A stretch of DNA of 64,000 nt, taken from Deltaproteobacteria bacterium (GTDB taxonomy: Bacteria > Desulfobacterota > Deferrimicrobia > J040). The position numbers and the translations under genes are program-made. Location: NCBI GenBank assembly GCA_011773515.1, contig WVXK01000023.1, forward strand, positions 67,263-131,262. The letters run 5' to 3'. This document shows, one piece after another, positions 8,714 through 19,311 of the stretch; positions within the stretch are counted from its first letter, which is position 1; the number at the start of each line of letters is the position of its first letter. The notes under the pieces are model-generated. The model was not told where the DNA came from and did no database searches. It worked only from the letters and a program-made list of their open reading frames with translations.

Positions 8714-11455
8714 TCAAAAGGCCGCCCCTATCGTAAAATGAATCTCAGATTTTGATTCACCCCTTTTTTTGTCAAGCTTGAATCCATGGTCAAACGACAC
8801 GGGACCCACCGGCGTTACGTATTTAATCGAGTAACCTGCTGTTTCCCGCAAATCGAATCCGAACGCATCGATGTTTCTGAGCCAGACGCTTCCGGCATCA
8901 AAGAACAGGGCAAATATCAGGCTGTCCGTCAAATAGTATCTTGCCTCGGAATTCAGGTTTATCATGGAATCCCCTCCCACAGGAGAACCATCTACACCTA
9001 TCGGGCCCAGCCTTTCTTCCTCAAACCCCCTTACCGTGGTTCTCCCTCCGAGAAAAAACCTTTTATCTATTGGCAACTCGCCCCCGTCAAGTGACTCTCC
9101 AAAACCTCCCCTTCCCGAAAGCGTAAATATGATGCGTTTTTTCAGCTTGAAGTACCCCACCGATTGAGCCGTAATCTTGAAATATTCCAGCTGGGAGCCG
9201 ATGACGTCCGGTGACAGCTCACCAACGAGCGAATTAAACGTGCCGCCACGGGGATTGAATGGGTCATCTCTCTGGTCGAGAACGAAAATTGACCTGAAGA
9301 GGATCGATCTGTCATCCCTTACGTCCTCGGGAGATATTATGGCACCCGGAGAAACATCTTTTGTCCGTTCCCTGTTGAAGGTTATCTCAAAAGCAGTTGA
9401 GGACCTTTCCCAGAATTTTCTCGTGAGAGAGCCACCGAGAGAAATTTTTTCCAGTGTGAAACTCTCTTCTTCGGTGTTCTGGATCGTGAAATTAATCCCT
9501 CCCTCTATGTTCAAACCGAGAAACCAGGGTTCCGTTAAGTCCAGGGTAAATTTGCTCTCCTTTTCGGAAACAATGAGATTGCCGCTGATTTTACGCCCCA
9601 GGCCATCGATATTCTTGTGCGTGGCTCCTGCGCTTCCCCTGTATCCCGTATCGGTGCCCCAGCCGGCACCGGCTTCCAGGACGAGGGCGTCCGCTTCCTC
9701 AATCTCCATGAGGAGATTGATCTTTTTGTCCTCCCGATTCATTATTTTCCTTGTCTTCACGCTCCTGAAAAGCCCCGTCCTGTAAAGACGCTGCTGAAAA
9801 TCTATCAGTGCAGATTCGCCGATAACATCCCCGATCAGGACGGGAAGTTCCCTGAGAACCACGTCTGAAGATACTTTTACGTTTCCTGTTATCACGATAT
9901 TTCCGAGGGTGAACTGGTTCCCCTCGGTAATCGTATAGACGATATCGATATGAAGCGCCTCTTCGTCGGTTTTAAACGATACCGTTACCTTGCAGTCATG
10001 AAATCCCGCATCAAAATACATTTTCTGAATTTTCCAGGCATCGGCAAATGCGGCCACGTAATCGATCGGAACTTCAGGACGGTTCTTCAGTACCCGCCAG
10101 ACCTCCCGGGTTGCAAAAAAAGATACTCCTTTCATTTCGATATTTTTGACGATATACCGGCTTCCCTCCCGCACGTCAATCTGGAGATTTAACTTTCCCT
10201 CCTCGATGCTTCTTACCTCACCTATGGAAAACCTTGCATTTGGAAAACCCTTCGACTGGTAGTATCCCCTCAAATTCTCCAGATCACTGTTGATTGTTTC
10301 CTCCCTGTAAATTCCCGAGCCGGTAAGAAAGGAAAAAAAGCCGCGCTCCGATGTGTCCATTACATCGATCAAGTCTTTCCGGCCCACGTTTTTGTTGCCG
10401 CTGAAATCGATACTATCAATAACCCCCTTTTTCCCTTCCTCGATTCGAACGGTGATCCTCCTCTGATCTTTTGAAAAGTCGACGTCCACCCGAACAAAGG
10501 GATATGCCTTGTCTATGTAGAACGAACTGATATTATCCTTCAGGGCCTCGATGATCCCACCCTCATAATTTACCGTTTCGGTAAAAATACCCGAAACACG
10601 TTTCAATTTTGCCGCGCTATAGTTTCTGTTGCCCACGAACTCGATGACATATCGCTCTCCCTCATCAATGTTGACCGCAAGCTTGATCCCGCCTTCACCT
10701 TTGATCAGCTCCGGCTCGCTTATTCTCACCAGGAGAAAACCACGTTTCTTGTATGCGTTTATGAGCCTGCCCACTTTCTCCCGGATTTTTTTGAGGTTTA
10801 CCGACTGGCCAGTTATAATGCCGAGCCTCTCCATCACCTCCTCATCACTCATGTTTTCGTTTCCGCGAATATCAGCAAAGTTCAATATCGGCCTGTCACC
10901 TTCGTCGACCTGGATAGCAACCTGTCCTCTTCCGTCTTGCATGCTGCAGGCAACCTTGACATCTGCCTTCGTATTATAAAATCCATTCTCCCTGTAGAGG
11001 TTTTCCAGACTCCTCTTCAGATCCTCCGTCTCTACTTTCGTGAGCAGCTTTCCTTCCCTCAGCCTCAATTTTGCGATGACTTCTTTCCCGGAGAAATATT
11101 TCACCCCCTTTACCTGTATCGATGCAATCGAAACGGATGGCTCGAGGAAAAAAACCATATCAGCCTCATCCCCTTCGGATTCACCAAATACAGATATCCT
11201 CTTGAAGATACCCTTTGAGTTCAAACCGCTCAGTGATTTTCTCAGGTTCTCTTCCGTTATGATTTGGCCCTGCCTGACCGCGATGAGCGTTCCCAGTTCC
11301 AGATAGGAAATTTCAAAGGGGGAATCTACGGCGAATTTAATGCTTCTCGCCCTCTTACCCAGTATGTTCTCAGAAGAGAGAGCAGGGTGGCCGGAAAAAA
11401 ACAACATGAATGTGGAAACAGCTGGTATGAGAAGTCGAACCTTCTTCCACCTCAC
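8714..11455 (-). CDS. bamA: Outer membrane protein assembly factor BamA (Omp85, multiple POTRA domains plus beta-barrel)
   Basis: 913 aa with a signal peptide, repeated POTRA-like modules and a C-terminal barrel ending ..HFTIGAAF; lies directly downstream of tamB. Confidence 0.8.
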   Translation of the reverse strand: MRWKKVRLLIPAVSTFMLFFSGHPALSSENILGKRARSIKFAVDSPFEISYLELGTLIAVRQGQIITEENLRKSLSGLNSKGIFKRISVFGESEGDEADMVFFLEPSVSIASIQVKGVKYFSGKEVIAKLRLREGKLLTKVETEDLKRSLENLYRENGFYNTKADVKVACSMQDGRGQVAIQVDEGDRPILNFADIRGNENMSDEEVMERLGIITGQSVNLKKIREKVGRLINAYKKRGFLLVRISEPELIKGEGGIKLAVNIDEGERYVIEFVGNRNYSAAKLKRVSGIFTETVNYEGGIIEALKDNISSFYIDKAYPFVRVDVDFSKDQRRITVRIEEGKKGVIDSIDFSGNKNVGRKDLIDVMDTSERGFFSFLTGSGIYREETINSDLENLRGYYQSKGFPNARFSIGEVRSIEEGKLNLQIDVREGSRYIVKNIEMKGVSFFATREVWRVLKNRPEVPIDYVAAFADAWKIQKMYFDAGFHDCKVTVSFKTDEEALHIDIVYTITEGNQFTLGNIVITGNVKVSSDVVLRELPVLIGDVIGESALIDFQQRLYRTGLFRSVKTRKIMNREDKKINLLMEIEEADALVLEAGAGWGTDTGYRGSAGATHKNIDGLGRKISGNLIVSEKESKFTLDLTEPWFLGLNIEGGINFTIQNTEEESFTLEKISLGGSLTRKFWERSSTAFEITFNRERTKDVSPGAIISPEDVRDDRSILFRSIFVLDQRDDPFNPRGGTFNSLVGELSPDVIGSQLEYFKITAQSVGYFKLKKRIIFTLSGRGGFGESLDGGELPIDKRFFLGGRTTVRGFEEERLGPIGVDGSPVGGDSMINLNSEARYYLTDSLIFALFFDAGSVWLRNIDAFGFDLRETAGYSIKYVTPVGPVSFDHGFKLDKKRGESKSEIHFTIGAAF

Positions 11456-14400
11456 CAGCGCTCACCGCCGAACAGTTTTTCACCTAATTCCGTGAGGCCG
11501 TGAAAACGTTTCTTGACCCGTAACTCACCCCCCACGTCTCCCTCACTGGCGGTGCCCCCGCCCGTCCAGTCACCCCTGAAATAGAGATCCTTGATGAGAC
11601 GGAATTCGCCTATAACATTCGTTCTTCCCGATCCCACAAGGGATGTGGAAAAATCGATCGAAAAACTGTCTCCCAGTGTTTTTCCAATTACGACCGTAGG
11701 CTCTACCACGCCCGTAATAGGCGAGTAGTTCGACTCAACCGAAAATCTCTCGAAGCCGGTAAACGTCCTGATCCCCTCCTCTATCTGAGTCTTGAGGGGA
11801 GAAAGGGCAACGGTTGCGAGACCTGCCGTTGTAACCGACGATCCGTTCTCAGCATACTCCTCTGTGGTGACGCCAAGAGAAAGGAGGCTTACGATATCAT
11901 TCTTGGAGAGAGGAGGTTCAGAATAGAGCTCAACCAGATAGTCATCGAGCCTTCCCGTGACTTCCACAAAAATAGTGTACTCTCCCTTTTCTGCCCGCGA
12001 AAAGGCATCGATGTTTGGGTTGTTGGAGAGGGGGTTGTCGAAATCCACGATAAGCCTTTCGATGGTATACTCTGTTCCCCTGAACTCGACCTCTCCCTCG
12101 ATAGCTTCGAAGGTGCCTATAATTACCGGCCGGGTAGTGTCCCCGAGCAAACGGAAGCTTCCTCCGGCAATAGCTTCTGCAATATTATTCTTGATAAATA
12201 TAGTCCCGTCGGAAATACATTCTATATCCAGATTTATTGCAAAGGCTTTTCCAACGGGGGCATTGAACTTTTCAATGTTCTTTTTCACATCAACGAGAAT
12301 TTCCTCCGGATATATCGGCTCCGTGTAGACAGCCCTGTCAACGTAGATCTCTCCGCGCAAAAACAACCCGGTTACCGGTCCCAGCAACTCGATTGCTCCG
12401 TCGAGCCTCGAGGGCAACTCCGACGGATATGCAAGGTTGACGCCATAGAAATCCGCGTTAAACGAAAGATTTACCGGGACATCCTTTCGGATGTTTACCT
12501 CACCCGAACCCTCGAGCTCTCCACCCCCCAAAGTGGCGCTGATCGAGTCGAACAGTATCCTGTCCTTGAAGAACGTCAGTCCTGCTGTTACATCCTCCAG
12601 GGGGTGCTTGAATCCAACGAATTTGATGAATAAATCCTTACCTAACCCCTGACCCGACACCTCCACATCCGGGAACGTGCCCCTTATCTGAATTCCACCC
12701 GCAACCTTGCCGTTTATTTTTTCGAATACGCCCGAGACGATTGTGTGGACGAGACCGGCATCGTACTCACCCGTTAATAGGAGGTCAGCGAAACCGTTCA
12801 ACCCAACCCTCCCCGAGAGGGAGAACACATTGTTGTTGGCTGATAGAGACGCACCGTCAAATATGAACTTCTCTTCCTCGAAACGGACAACGATCTTTTC
12901 ACCCGTAACATTCTCCCCGGGAAACGCGAGATTTAAATTGCTCAGCACAGCCCTGCCCGTTCCCCCTTTCGGAAAAGAAACAAGGGGGCCTTCAAATTCA
13001 ATCAAAAGATCAGATTCGACTTCGGCAAGTATGCTCGATGGCAATACCAGGGGAAACAAACCGGAACTGACCTGTCCTCCGATTGATAAAAACAGACCAT
13101 CTTTTCTCTTCTCTACACGGGCGATAAGAGGTTGCCCTGATTTTGCGGACCTTATCTCCCATACCACACCTCCATCACGCTTCTGCCCCTCCACGTGATA
13201 TTCAGGCAGGTCCCTCTCATATCGAGAGAAAACGGGAGTGGCTTTGAAATCCATTTTCAGCGATTTGGCTTTGAAAAAAATGTCCCATGGCGATTCCGAA
13301 ATATCAAAGATGCTTTTCACACCGACCGCTGCGGAACCGGAAATATTGATGCCGAAGAATCCCAGCCTTTCATCATATGGTTTATCCGAGAACTTTATCG
13401 GGAAGTTATCGAAAGCTATGTTGCAAACAATATTCTGTACCTCGAGGTCATAATCCAAATCGAGATTCACGAGCTTATTGGAGGTGGAAAGTGAAAAAGA
13501 GAGAACATGCCCCTTCTTCGTCCCATCCAAAATGAGACCGGTAAGGTCTGCATCCTGGATAGATATCCGCTCGGATGAAAGGTGGAAATCCAGCAACTCT
13601 ACCTCATCGCCGCTATATTTGAAAATAAATGCCCCATCGAGAGTCTCTCCTTTTACCAACTCTGTTTCATCGGAAATCAATCTGTTCAGGGTAACCGGGT
13701 CGATATCGGAAAAATTGCCGAGCAACTCTACCTGGTCTTTCCCGACGCTCCCCCGAGCCCGAAATCCCCCCCCGAAGGCCTTGAAGGAAATATCCCTTAT
13801 GGTAAGCAGGCCGTCATCGTACCCGACATTCCCTCTCACTTCCTGCAAATTCATCCTGGAAGAGCGAAGTTGATCCGATGACAACTCTCCCCTGGCATTG
13901 ACGGTATCCTTGCCGAGTAGGAGATTTCCATCGAAGGAGACATTCCCCGCAACGGGAAATACAATGGAAAAGCGCTTTACCAATGAGTCGTGTATTTCTT
14001 TTTCCAGAAAATTATCCGAAGTAAAGGCCCCAACATCAACATTTTCAGCTTTGAGGCTTCCCGTAAAGTACAGTTCCTTGTCGGGGAAGTAAGTGCCGGC
14101 AAACAACATGCTCCCAATAGTCGACGTGTAATCTGCGATAACCGATATGCTCCCTCCCAGAACTCCCGAAGCTTTTAAAAAAATATTTCCCGGCGGAAGC
14201 TCCCTGAATGAGAATTCTCTGAGGGAAAAACTCGACTCTATGAGCGGGTTGGAAAGATTTCCGGAAATGGAAAAATCACCCCTGATGGCACCTGACCTCG
14301 CAAAAATACCTCTCAAGCCGAGTGATTTTACCCTCGTGATGTCGATATCCCCCTTGATACCGGCAATCCTCTCTTTCATGTCGAGGCTTCCCTTCAGTGA

Positions 14401-15759
14401 GATCACGTTTTCTTCATCAGCAATGGTAAGTTCCCGCACATCGATACTGGGATTTTGAAAAATATCGGTTATCACAGAAAGGTTGTTGAGTGCAACGGGT
14501 TCGGCCCAGGTAATCCTCTCCTCCATCTCTCTCAGCACCAGACTGAATCCTCCCTCCATCTGGAGTGCCGACTGAAGTATCACCGTTCCCTTTTCAGGTG
14601 CTGAGAGAACAATACGCCCTTTCCCTTTCCCCTCTGCGCCAATTAATGAATCCTTGAATAAGATGTCCGTCAAATTGCCGGGATAAAAATCGATTATTTC
14701 GAACTCTCCTTTACCCTGGAAGCTCGTTATGTCAAATTGCACATCTCCGGTCAATTTTCCGAAGGGCGCACGCAGGGAAAGTTTGCTTACCGAGAACCTC
14801 CCGTTGTCGTAAATACACCTTGCGAAGGCGGTGCACTCGATTCCTCTGACAGACAAATCAAAAAATTCCGTATCGACGGAAAAACTGATCCTTCCCTTGC
14901 TCAACAGAGCCCTGCCGGAAAAGGAAACCCTGCCGCTGCGGACAATGTTATCAAAATTCCCCAGTTGATAATCCTGCACGATCTTTTCTGGATCTATATC
15001 GCCCGTTATGTGACCTTCCAGTTCATCCCTGTTCATGTCATAGCGACCACGGACCGACAGATTGCCATAAGGTGACTCCAGTCGCAATTTTTTAATGTCA
15101 ACTTTATCGGTCAAAATGTGGGAGTTTACATGCAGTGATGATATCTTGACGGGGTAATCCTTGCCTCCTCGATTGATGGTGGCCGCAATCCCCTCTTTTC
15201 CGGATGTGTAGATAACCCCCAACCCTTCCCAGATATTGCCGCTGTAATAGAGTGACTTTACAGAAAGCTTTGCCTGGTTGATGTTTTTCCAGGGGCCGAT
15301 AAACTCAAAATAACCATCCGTCAGTGTGAGAGTTGGAATCGTTGCTCTTTTTCTCTTTTTTTCACCCCGTCGCTCCGGTGAACCGGCGATCAGGTCCAGG
15401 ATTTTCCTTTCTGCTACTCCCCGGAACTGTTCGAGCTTTAGACTCAGGGGCGATGCTCCGGGAATAATCAAATTCAAGGGCTTCACAGACAGATAGGATT
15501 TATTAGCAGCAAAAACGGGATTGCCCGATTCCAGGTCTGTAACGAGAACTCCCTCAAGGTATAACCTCGGTGGTAACAATTCGATTCTTGCTTCTTCATA
15601 ACTCAGAGAATATCCGCTTGAATGGAGATACCGGTTCGCGGAATAGACCAGTCTGGCAAAAAGAGTCTCTCTTTGAAGAAAAAGGAGAATAAAAAGTATC
15701 AGTATAATGCCGGTCAGGGTAATGAGGCCGAGGAGAAGTATCTTTTGCAATCTCGACAT
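11452..15759 (-). CDS. tamB: Translocation and assembly module protein TamB (AsmA/DUF490-like giant periplasm-spanning protein)
   Basis: 1435 aa; N-terminal TM anchor (LLLGLITLTGIILILFILLFL), long beta-rich repetitive body, conserved C-terminal DUF490-like region; overlaps the bamA start by 4 nt. Confidence 0.75.
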   Translation of the reverse strand: MSRLQKILLLGLITLTGIILILFILLFLQRETLFARLVYSANRYLHSSGYSLSYEEARIELLPPRLYLEGVLVTDLESGNPVFAANKSYLSVKPLNLIIPGASPLSLKLEQFRGVAERKILDLIAGSPERRGEKKRKRATIPTLTLTDGYFEFIGPWKNINQAKLSVKSLYYSGNIWEGLGVIYTSGKEGIAATINRGGKDYPVKISSLHVNSHILTDKVDIKKLRLESPYGNLSVRGRYDMNRDELEGHITGDIDPEKIVQDYQLGNFDNIVRSGRVSFSGRALLSKGRISFSVDTEFFDLSVRGIECTAFARCIYDNGRFSVSKLSLRAPFGKLTGDVQFDITSFQGKGEFEIIDFYPGNLTDILFKDSLIGAEGKGKGRIVLSAPEKGTVILQSALQMEGGFSLVLREMEERITWAEPVALNNLSVITDIFQNPSIDVRELTIADEENVISLKGSLDMKERIAGIKGDIDITRVKSLGLRGIFARSGAIRGDFSISGNLSNPLIESSFSLREFSFRELPPGNIFLKASGVLGGSISVIADYTSTIGSMLFAGTYFPDKELYFTGSLKAENVDVGAFTSDNFLEKEIHDSLVKRFSIVFPVAGNVSFDGNLLLGKDTVNARGELSSDQLRSSRMNLQEVRGNVGYDDGLLTIRDISFKAFGGGFRARGSVGKDQVELLGNFSDIDPVTLNRLISDETELVKGETLDGAFIFKYSGDEVELLDFHLSSERISIQDADLTGLILDGTKKGHVLSFSLSTSNKLVNLDLDYDLEVQNIVCNIAFDNFPIKFSDKPYDERLGFFGINISGSAAVGVKSIFDISESPWDIFFKAKSLKMDFKATPVFSRYERDLPEYHVEGQKRDGGVVWEIRSAKSGQPLIARVEKRKDGLFLSIGGQVSSGLFPLVLPSSILAEVESDLLIEFEGPLVSFPKGGTGRAVLSNLNLAFPGENVTGEKIVVRFEEEKFIFDGASLSANNNVFSLSGRVGLNGFADLLLTGEYDAGLVHTIVSGVFEKINGKVAGGIQIRGTFPDVEVSGQGLGKDLFIKFVGFKHPLEDVTAGLTFFKDRILFDSISATLGGGELEGSGEVNIRKDVPVNLSFNADFYGVNLAYPSELPSRLDGAIELLGPVTGLFLRGEIYVDRAVYTEPIYPEEILVDVKKNIEKFNAPVGKAFAINLDIECISDGTIFIKNNIAEAIAGGSFRLLGDTTRPVIIGTFEAIEGEVEFRGTEYTIERLIVDFDNPLSNNPNIDAFSRAEKGEYTIFVEVTGRLDDYLVELYSEPPLSKNDIVSLLSLGVTTEEYAENGSSVTTAGLATVALSPLKTQIEEGIRTFTGFERFSVESNYSPITGVVEPTVVIGKTLGDSFSIDFSTSLVGSGRTNVIGEFRLIKDLYFRGDWTGGGTASEGDVGGELRVKKRFHGLTELGEKLFGGERW

Positions 15760-15823
15760 TACAGCTTTGCCCGGTCAGGAGCGACCGCCAGGTAAAAGTG
15801 TCTGAGAGAGAGGTTGATAAGTC

Positions 15824-15898
15824 TGGAGCGGGCGACGGGAGTCGAACCCGCGACGTCAAGCTTGGGAAGCTTGCATTCTACCACTGAATTACGCCCGC
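15824..15898 (-). tRNA. tRNA-Gly(CCC)
   Basis: Minus-strand read GCGGGCGTAATTCAGTGGTAGAATGCAAGCTTCCCAAGCTTGACGTCGCGGGTTCGACTCCCGTCGCCCGCTCCA: acceptor GCGGGCG/CGCCCGC, anticodon loop TTCCCAA (CCC), T-loop TTCGACT, CCA encoded. Confidence 0.85.
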
Positions 15899-15948
15899 CC
15901 ATTTTGGTTTATACCACAGAAGCAGCAAAAAAACAATCTCGCTTCACG

Positions 15949-17229
15949 TCAGCTGTTTTTCAACCTTTCTGCCACATCCCGAAAGGTCTCATCGACCTCA
16001 TATATCTGCATATACATCTTCTTCGCTTCCTCGCCCTGCCCCGTTCGATCGAGAATAGAAGCCTTCTGGTAAATGAGATCAAGCTGCGCCCGCTCGTCCT
16101 TCTCCCCTTTCTCCATCAGCTCATCTAAAATTGAAATGGCATCTTCGAATTTCTCTATGCTCTCATAACAATCCTTGAGCAACAGCATGGAGGGAAAATA
16201 TAGATCGGGATCTCTGCTTGCAATAACAAACTCTCTTATGGATTCGTCGAAAAGACCCATCTCTTTGAAGGCAATGCCCAGGTTATAGCGTGCATTCAAA
16301 TCCTCATCACCTATTTCCGTATCCACTTTCTCTCTCAGCTTATTGAGAACTTCTCCTATGTCTTCCTCTTTCTCCTCAGACGGTTTTTCATCTTCTTCCT
16401 TTACGGGCTCGAGCTTCTCACGCTCCTCCTCCTCATGCCTCAAGGTCTCCAGGTATTCCAAAACCGTTGAGAAATATCTCGGAAAATTCGCATCCGACTC
16501 TTTCTCCTCAAAGTAATGCTTCACCTCTTCAATCACCTTTTTCGTGCCGTCCTCCAGATCGGCGTCATCTTCTATTTTTCCAAGTACCGATAACCCTTTT
16601 TCCCTGAACCCCGATGATAACAATGAAAGAGCGTAGACCTCCCATATGCTCGATGTGTCATCCTGCTGCTCGGCTACCCCTTCCAGGAAGGAATGAAAGT
16701 TCTCCAGCTGCCTGTTGGATAAAATGTTTGGAACCGTTTTTTCGATAGAGGAAATTATTCCCAGGCTGTTTTTCTCTGCAAGACAATCTCTGATAACGAA
16801 GGTATGAATTTCCGGAATATCGCCGAAAACTTCGATGCAAAACTTTATAAAATCCAGCCTCGACTCTTGATCGTGGAAAAAACCCTTATCATCCATAATT
16901 TTCTTGAATTCATAAATGGCATCACCGGTAAGACCGTTGCTCATTAGAGCTGAGATCAACTGCTTCTCGGTTTCCAGGTTGGAGGGGTCTATCTTCAGGC
17001 ACTGTTTCAAAACGGCTATAGATTTTAACCCGAACCCTCCCTTCTCAAAAAGCGCCGCGGCAGTATAATACTCTGAAATTGCCTCCGAGTATTCCCCTTT
17101 TTTTATGAGACGTTCAGCAAGCTTCTGATGCAATGTGGGATTGTGAGGAGAACTGTTTATCTTCTCTCTGAGCTCCTTTATTTCGTCAACCGGCTTGAAT
17201 CTCTTCTTGATATTGTCAAATATACTCAA
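15949..17229 (-). CDS. TPR-repeat protein with an internal acidic linker
   Basis: 426 aa of repeated helical TPR-like motifs with an E/K-rich stretch (EEEEREKLEPVKEEDEKPSEEKEEDIGE). Confidence 0.6.
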   Translation of the reverse strand: MSIFDNIKKRFKPVDEIKELREKINSSPHNPTLHQKLAERLIKKGEYSEAISEYYTAAALFEKGGFGLKSIAVLKQCLKIDPSNLETEKQLISALMSNGLTGDAIYEFKKIMDDKGFFHDQESRLDFIKFCIEVFGDIPEIHTFVIRDCLAEKNSLGIISSIEKTVPNILSNRQLENFHSFLEGVAEQQDDTSSIWEVYALSLLSSGFREKGLSVLGKIEDDADLEDGTKKVIEEVKHYFEEKESDANFPRYFSTVLEYLETLRHEEEEREKLEPVKEEDEKPSEEKEEDIGEVLNKLREKVDTEIGDEDLNARYNLGIAFKEMGLFDESIREFVIASRDPDLYFPSMLLLKDCYESIEKFEDAISILDELMEKGEKDERAQLDLIYQKASILDRTGQGEEAKKMYMQIYEVDETFRDVAERLKNS

Positions 17230-17239
17230 TCCCGTTCAC

Positions 17240-17953
17240 CTATCCCGTCAGACATTCTGAATACGATCCCTCTTGGAAAAGAAACGCTGAAAATTCCCGT
17301 TGGATTTCATCTTTAATATTTTCTAAGAAACTTTCCGAAAAAACAAACTTTTTCACAGTCGAGTGCCCATCGGGCACCGTATGGCCTCTTTCCAACAGAT
17401 GGTTGAGCACAGCAGGTTTCCATCCCGATGAATTTATCTGGAGATGTATGAGAAGCCTGTTCCTTCGCACGCGACCTGCAAACCCCGCGAATTTTATCCC
17501 CTCCAGAAAAACATCAAATTTGTCCCCGCTTTCGATGCAATAACCACCACGAGCATTGCTATGATCTGCTGGTTTTCCCTCGCTCAGGGAGATGCCGCTC
17601 CCCTTCTCGATAACAGTCGTGATAATGGATCTGATTTTCGTAACACAGGAGTGATACACGCAAACAGGGGATACTTTTGTCCTGAGGAAAAACGACAAAC
17701 AGAGATCTTCACCATGGAAAGCTATTGAACCTCCCGACACGCGTCTCAAAAGGGAAATTCCCTCATTCGTTGATAATGGTAACGTGAAGTCATTCAGAGG
17801 AGAAAGATAACCCAAAGTCGCACAGTAATGACTGAACGTATGGACCCTGACCAGAAAAGGCACGTCTAATCCGTCGAATGACTCGAAAAGAGAAAAATCC
17901 TTGTGCACATTTTCTTCAGGCGACAGACCAAAATCGTATAACCACCTGATCAC
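17240..17953 (-). CDS. Lipoate-protein ligase family protein (BPL_LplA_LipB catalytic domain only)
   Basis: ..LLRRVSGGSIAFHGEDLCLSFFL.. matches the LplA RRxSGGGAVyHD signature; at 237 aa it has no C-terminal accessory domain. Confidence 0.65.
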   Translation of the reverse strand: MIRWLYDFGLSPEENVHKDFSLFESFDGLDVPFLVRVHTFSHYCATLGYLSPLNDFTLPLSTNEGISLLRRVSGGSIAFHGEDLCLSFFLRTKVSPVCVYHSCVTKIRSIITTVIEKGSGISLSEGKPADHSNARGGYCIESGDKFDVFLEGIKFAGFAGRVRRNRLLIHLQINSSGWKPAVLNHLLERGHTVPDGHSTVKKFVFSESFLENIKDEIQREFSAFLFQEGSYSECLTG

Positions 17954-17954
17954 T

Positions 17955-19295
17955 TCAGCTACCCCCGAACTTTTCGATAAACCTGGTGCTCAATTTTCCC
18001 TCGACAAAATCCGGATCGTTGAGGATTTTTTTATGAAAGGAAACGGTTGTCTGCACCCCTTCGAACACAATCTCATCAAGGGCCCGTCTCATTCTTGCAA
18101 TAGCTTCTTTTCTGTCCTCTCCCCAGCTTATCACCTTTGCTATGAGAGAATCATAGGTGGCAGGGATGATATATCCATTGATCACCGCCGAATCGACTCT
18201 CACACCATATCCGCCCGGCAGATAACAGGTTTTTACCAAACCGGGGGACGGCATGAATTTTTTCGGGTCCTCTGCGTTTATCCTGCACTCGATTGCGTGG
18301 CCCCGGAACTGGACGTCATCCTGTTTTATTTTGAGTTTCTTCCCGTCAGCTATTTTCAGCTGCTCTTTGATCAGGTCAACACCCGTAATCATTTCCGTTA
18401 CCGGATGCTCGACCTGTATCCTCGTGTTCATCTCGAGAAAGTAAAAGTTTTTTCCCGGAACATAGAGGAACTCTACCGTTCCAGCGCTTACATACCCCAC
18501 GGCCTCCGCGACCTCAACTGCGGAGGAATGCATCTTTTTTCTCACCCGTGCGGGGATTCCGGGAGCCATGGCTTCCTCGAGAAGCTTTTGATGTCGCCTC
18601 TGGACCGAACAATCGCGGTCACCGAGATGAATTGTGTTTCCCGATGAATCTGCCAGAACCTGTACCTCCACATGCCTTGCATTTTCAAAATACTTCTCTA
18701 TGTACACATCGGGGAGGCCAAAAGCCGCAAGGGCCTCTGATTGTGCCGTCAAAAATGCGTTGATGAACGTTGCCGAGGAATGAACGATCTTCATACCCCG
18801 TCCGCCCCCGCCTGCCGCGGCTTTTATTATCACGGGAAATCCAATTTTCTTGGCTACTTCGAGGCCTTCCTCTTCTTCCACTACCGGCCCCTCACTGCCC
18901 GGCAATATGGGAACATCCGCAGAGGCCACAGCCTTTCTGGCCTCAATCTTGTTTCCCATCAAGCGAATTACGGACGAGGGGGGTCCAATAAAGTTGACCC
19001 CGTAGTTCTCACAAATCTCTGCAAATGCAGCGTTTTCTGCAAGAAATCCATAACCGGGGTGTACTGCATCTGCATCGGTGACCTCGATAGCAGACAAAAG
19101 GGAGGGAACGTTCAGATAACTATCTTTGCTCTCCGGTGGTCCGATACATATCGCCTGGTCGGCCATCTGTACCGGAAGACTGTCTCTGTCGGCCGTGGAA
19201 TATACCAGGACGCTCTGAATGCCGCTCTCTTTGCACGTTCGAATAATCCTGAGAGCAATTTCTCCCCGGTTTGCTATGAGCACTTTTCGTATCAT
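17955..19295 (-). CDS. accC: Acetyl-CoA carboxylase, biotin carboxylase subunit
   Basis: MIRKVLIANRGEIALRIIRTC.. with an ATP-grasp core; 446 aa; directly downstream of accB. Confidence 0.95.
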   Translation of the reverse strand: MIRKVLIANRGEIALRIIRTCKESGIQSVLVYSTADRDSLPVQMADQAICIGPPESKDSYLNVPSLLSAIEVTDADAVHPGYGFLAENAAFAEICENYGVNFIGPPSSVIRLMGNKIEARKAVASADVPILPGSEGPVVEEEEGLEVAKKIGFPVIIKAAAGGGGRGMKIVHSSATFINAFLTAQSEALAAFGLPDVYIEKYFENARHVEVQVLADSSGNTIHLGDRDCSVQRRHQKLLEEAMAPGIPARVRKKMHSSAVEVAEAVGYVSAGTVEFLYVPGKNFYFLEMNTRIQVEHPVTEMITGVDLIKEQLKIADGKKLKIKQDDVQFRGHAIECRINAEDPKKFMPSPGLVKTCYLPGGYGVRVDSAVINGYIIPATYDSLIAKVISWGEDRKEAIARMRRALDEIVFEGVQTTVSFHKKILNDPDFVEGKLSTRFIEKFGGS

Positions 19296-19311
19296 AGTAT
19301 CCGATTTCCTC

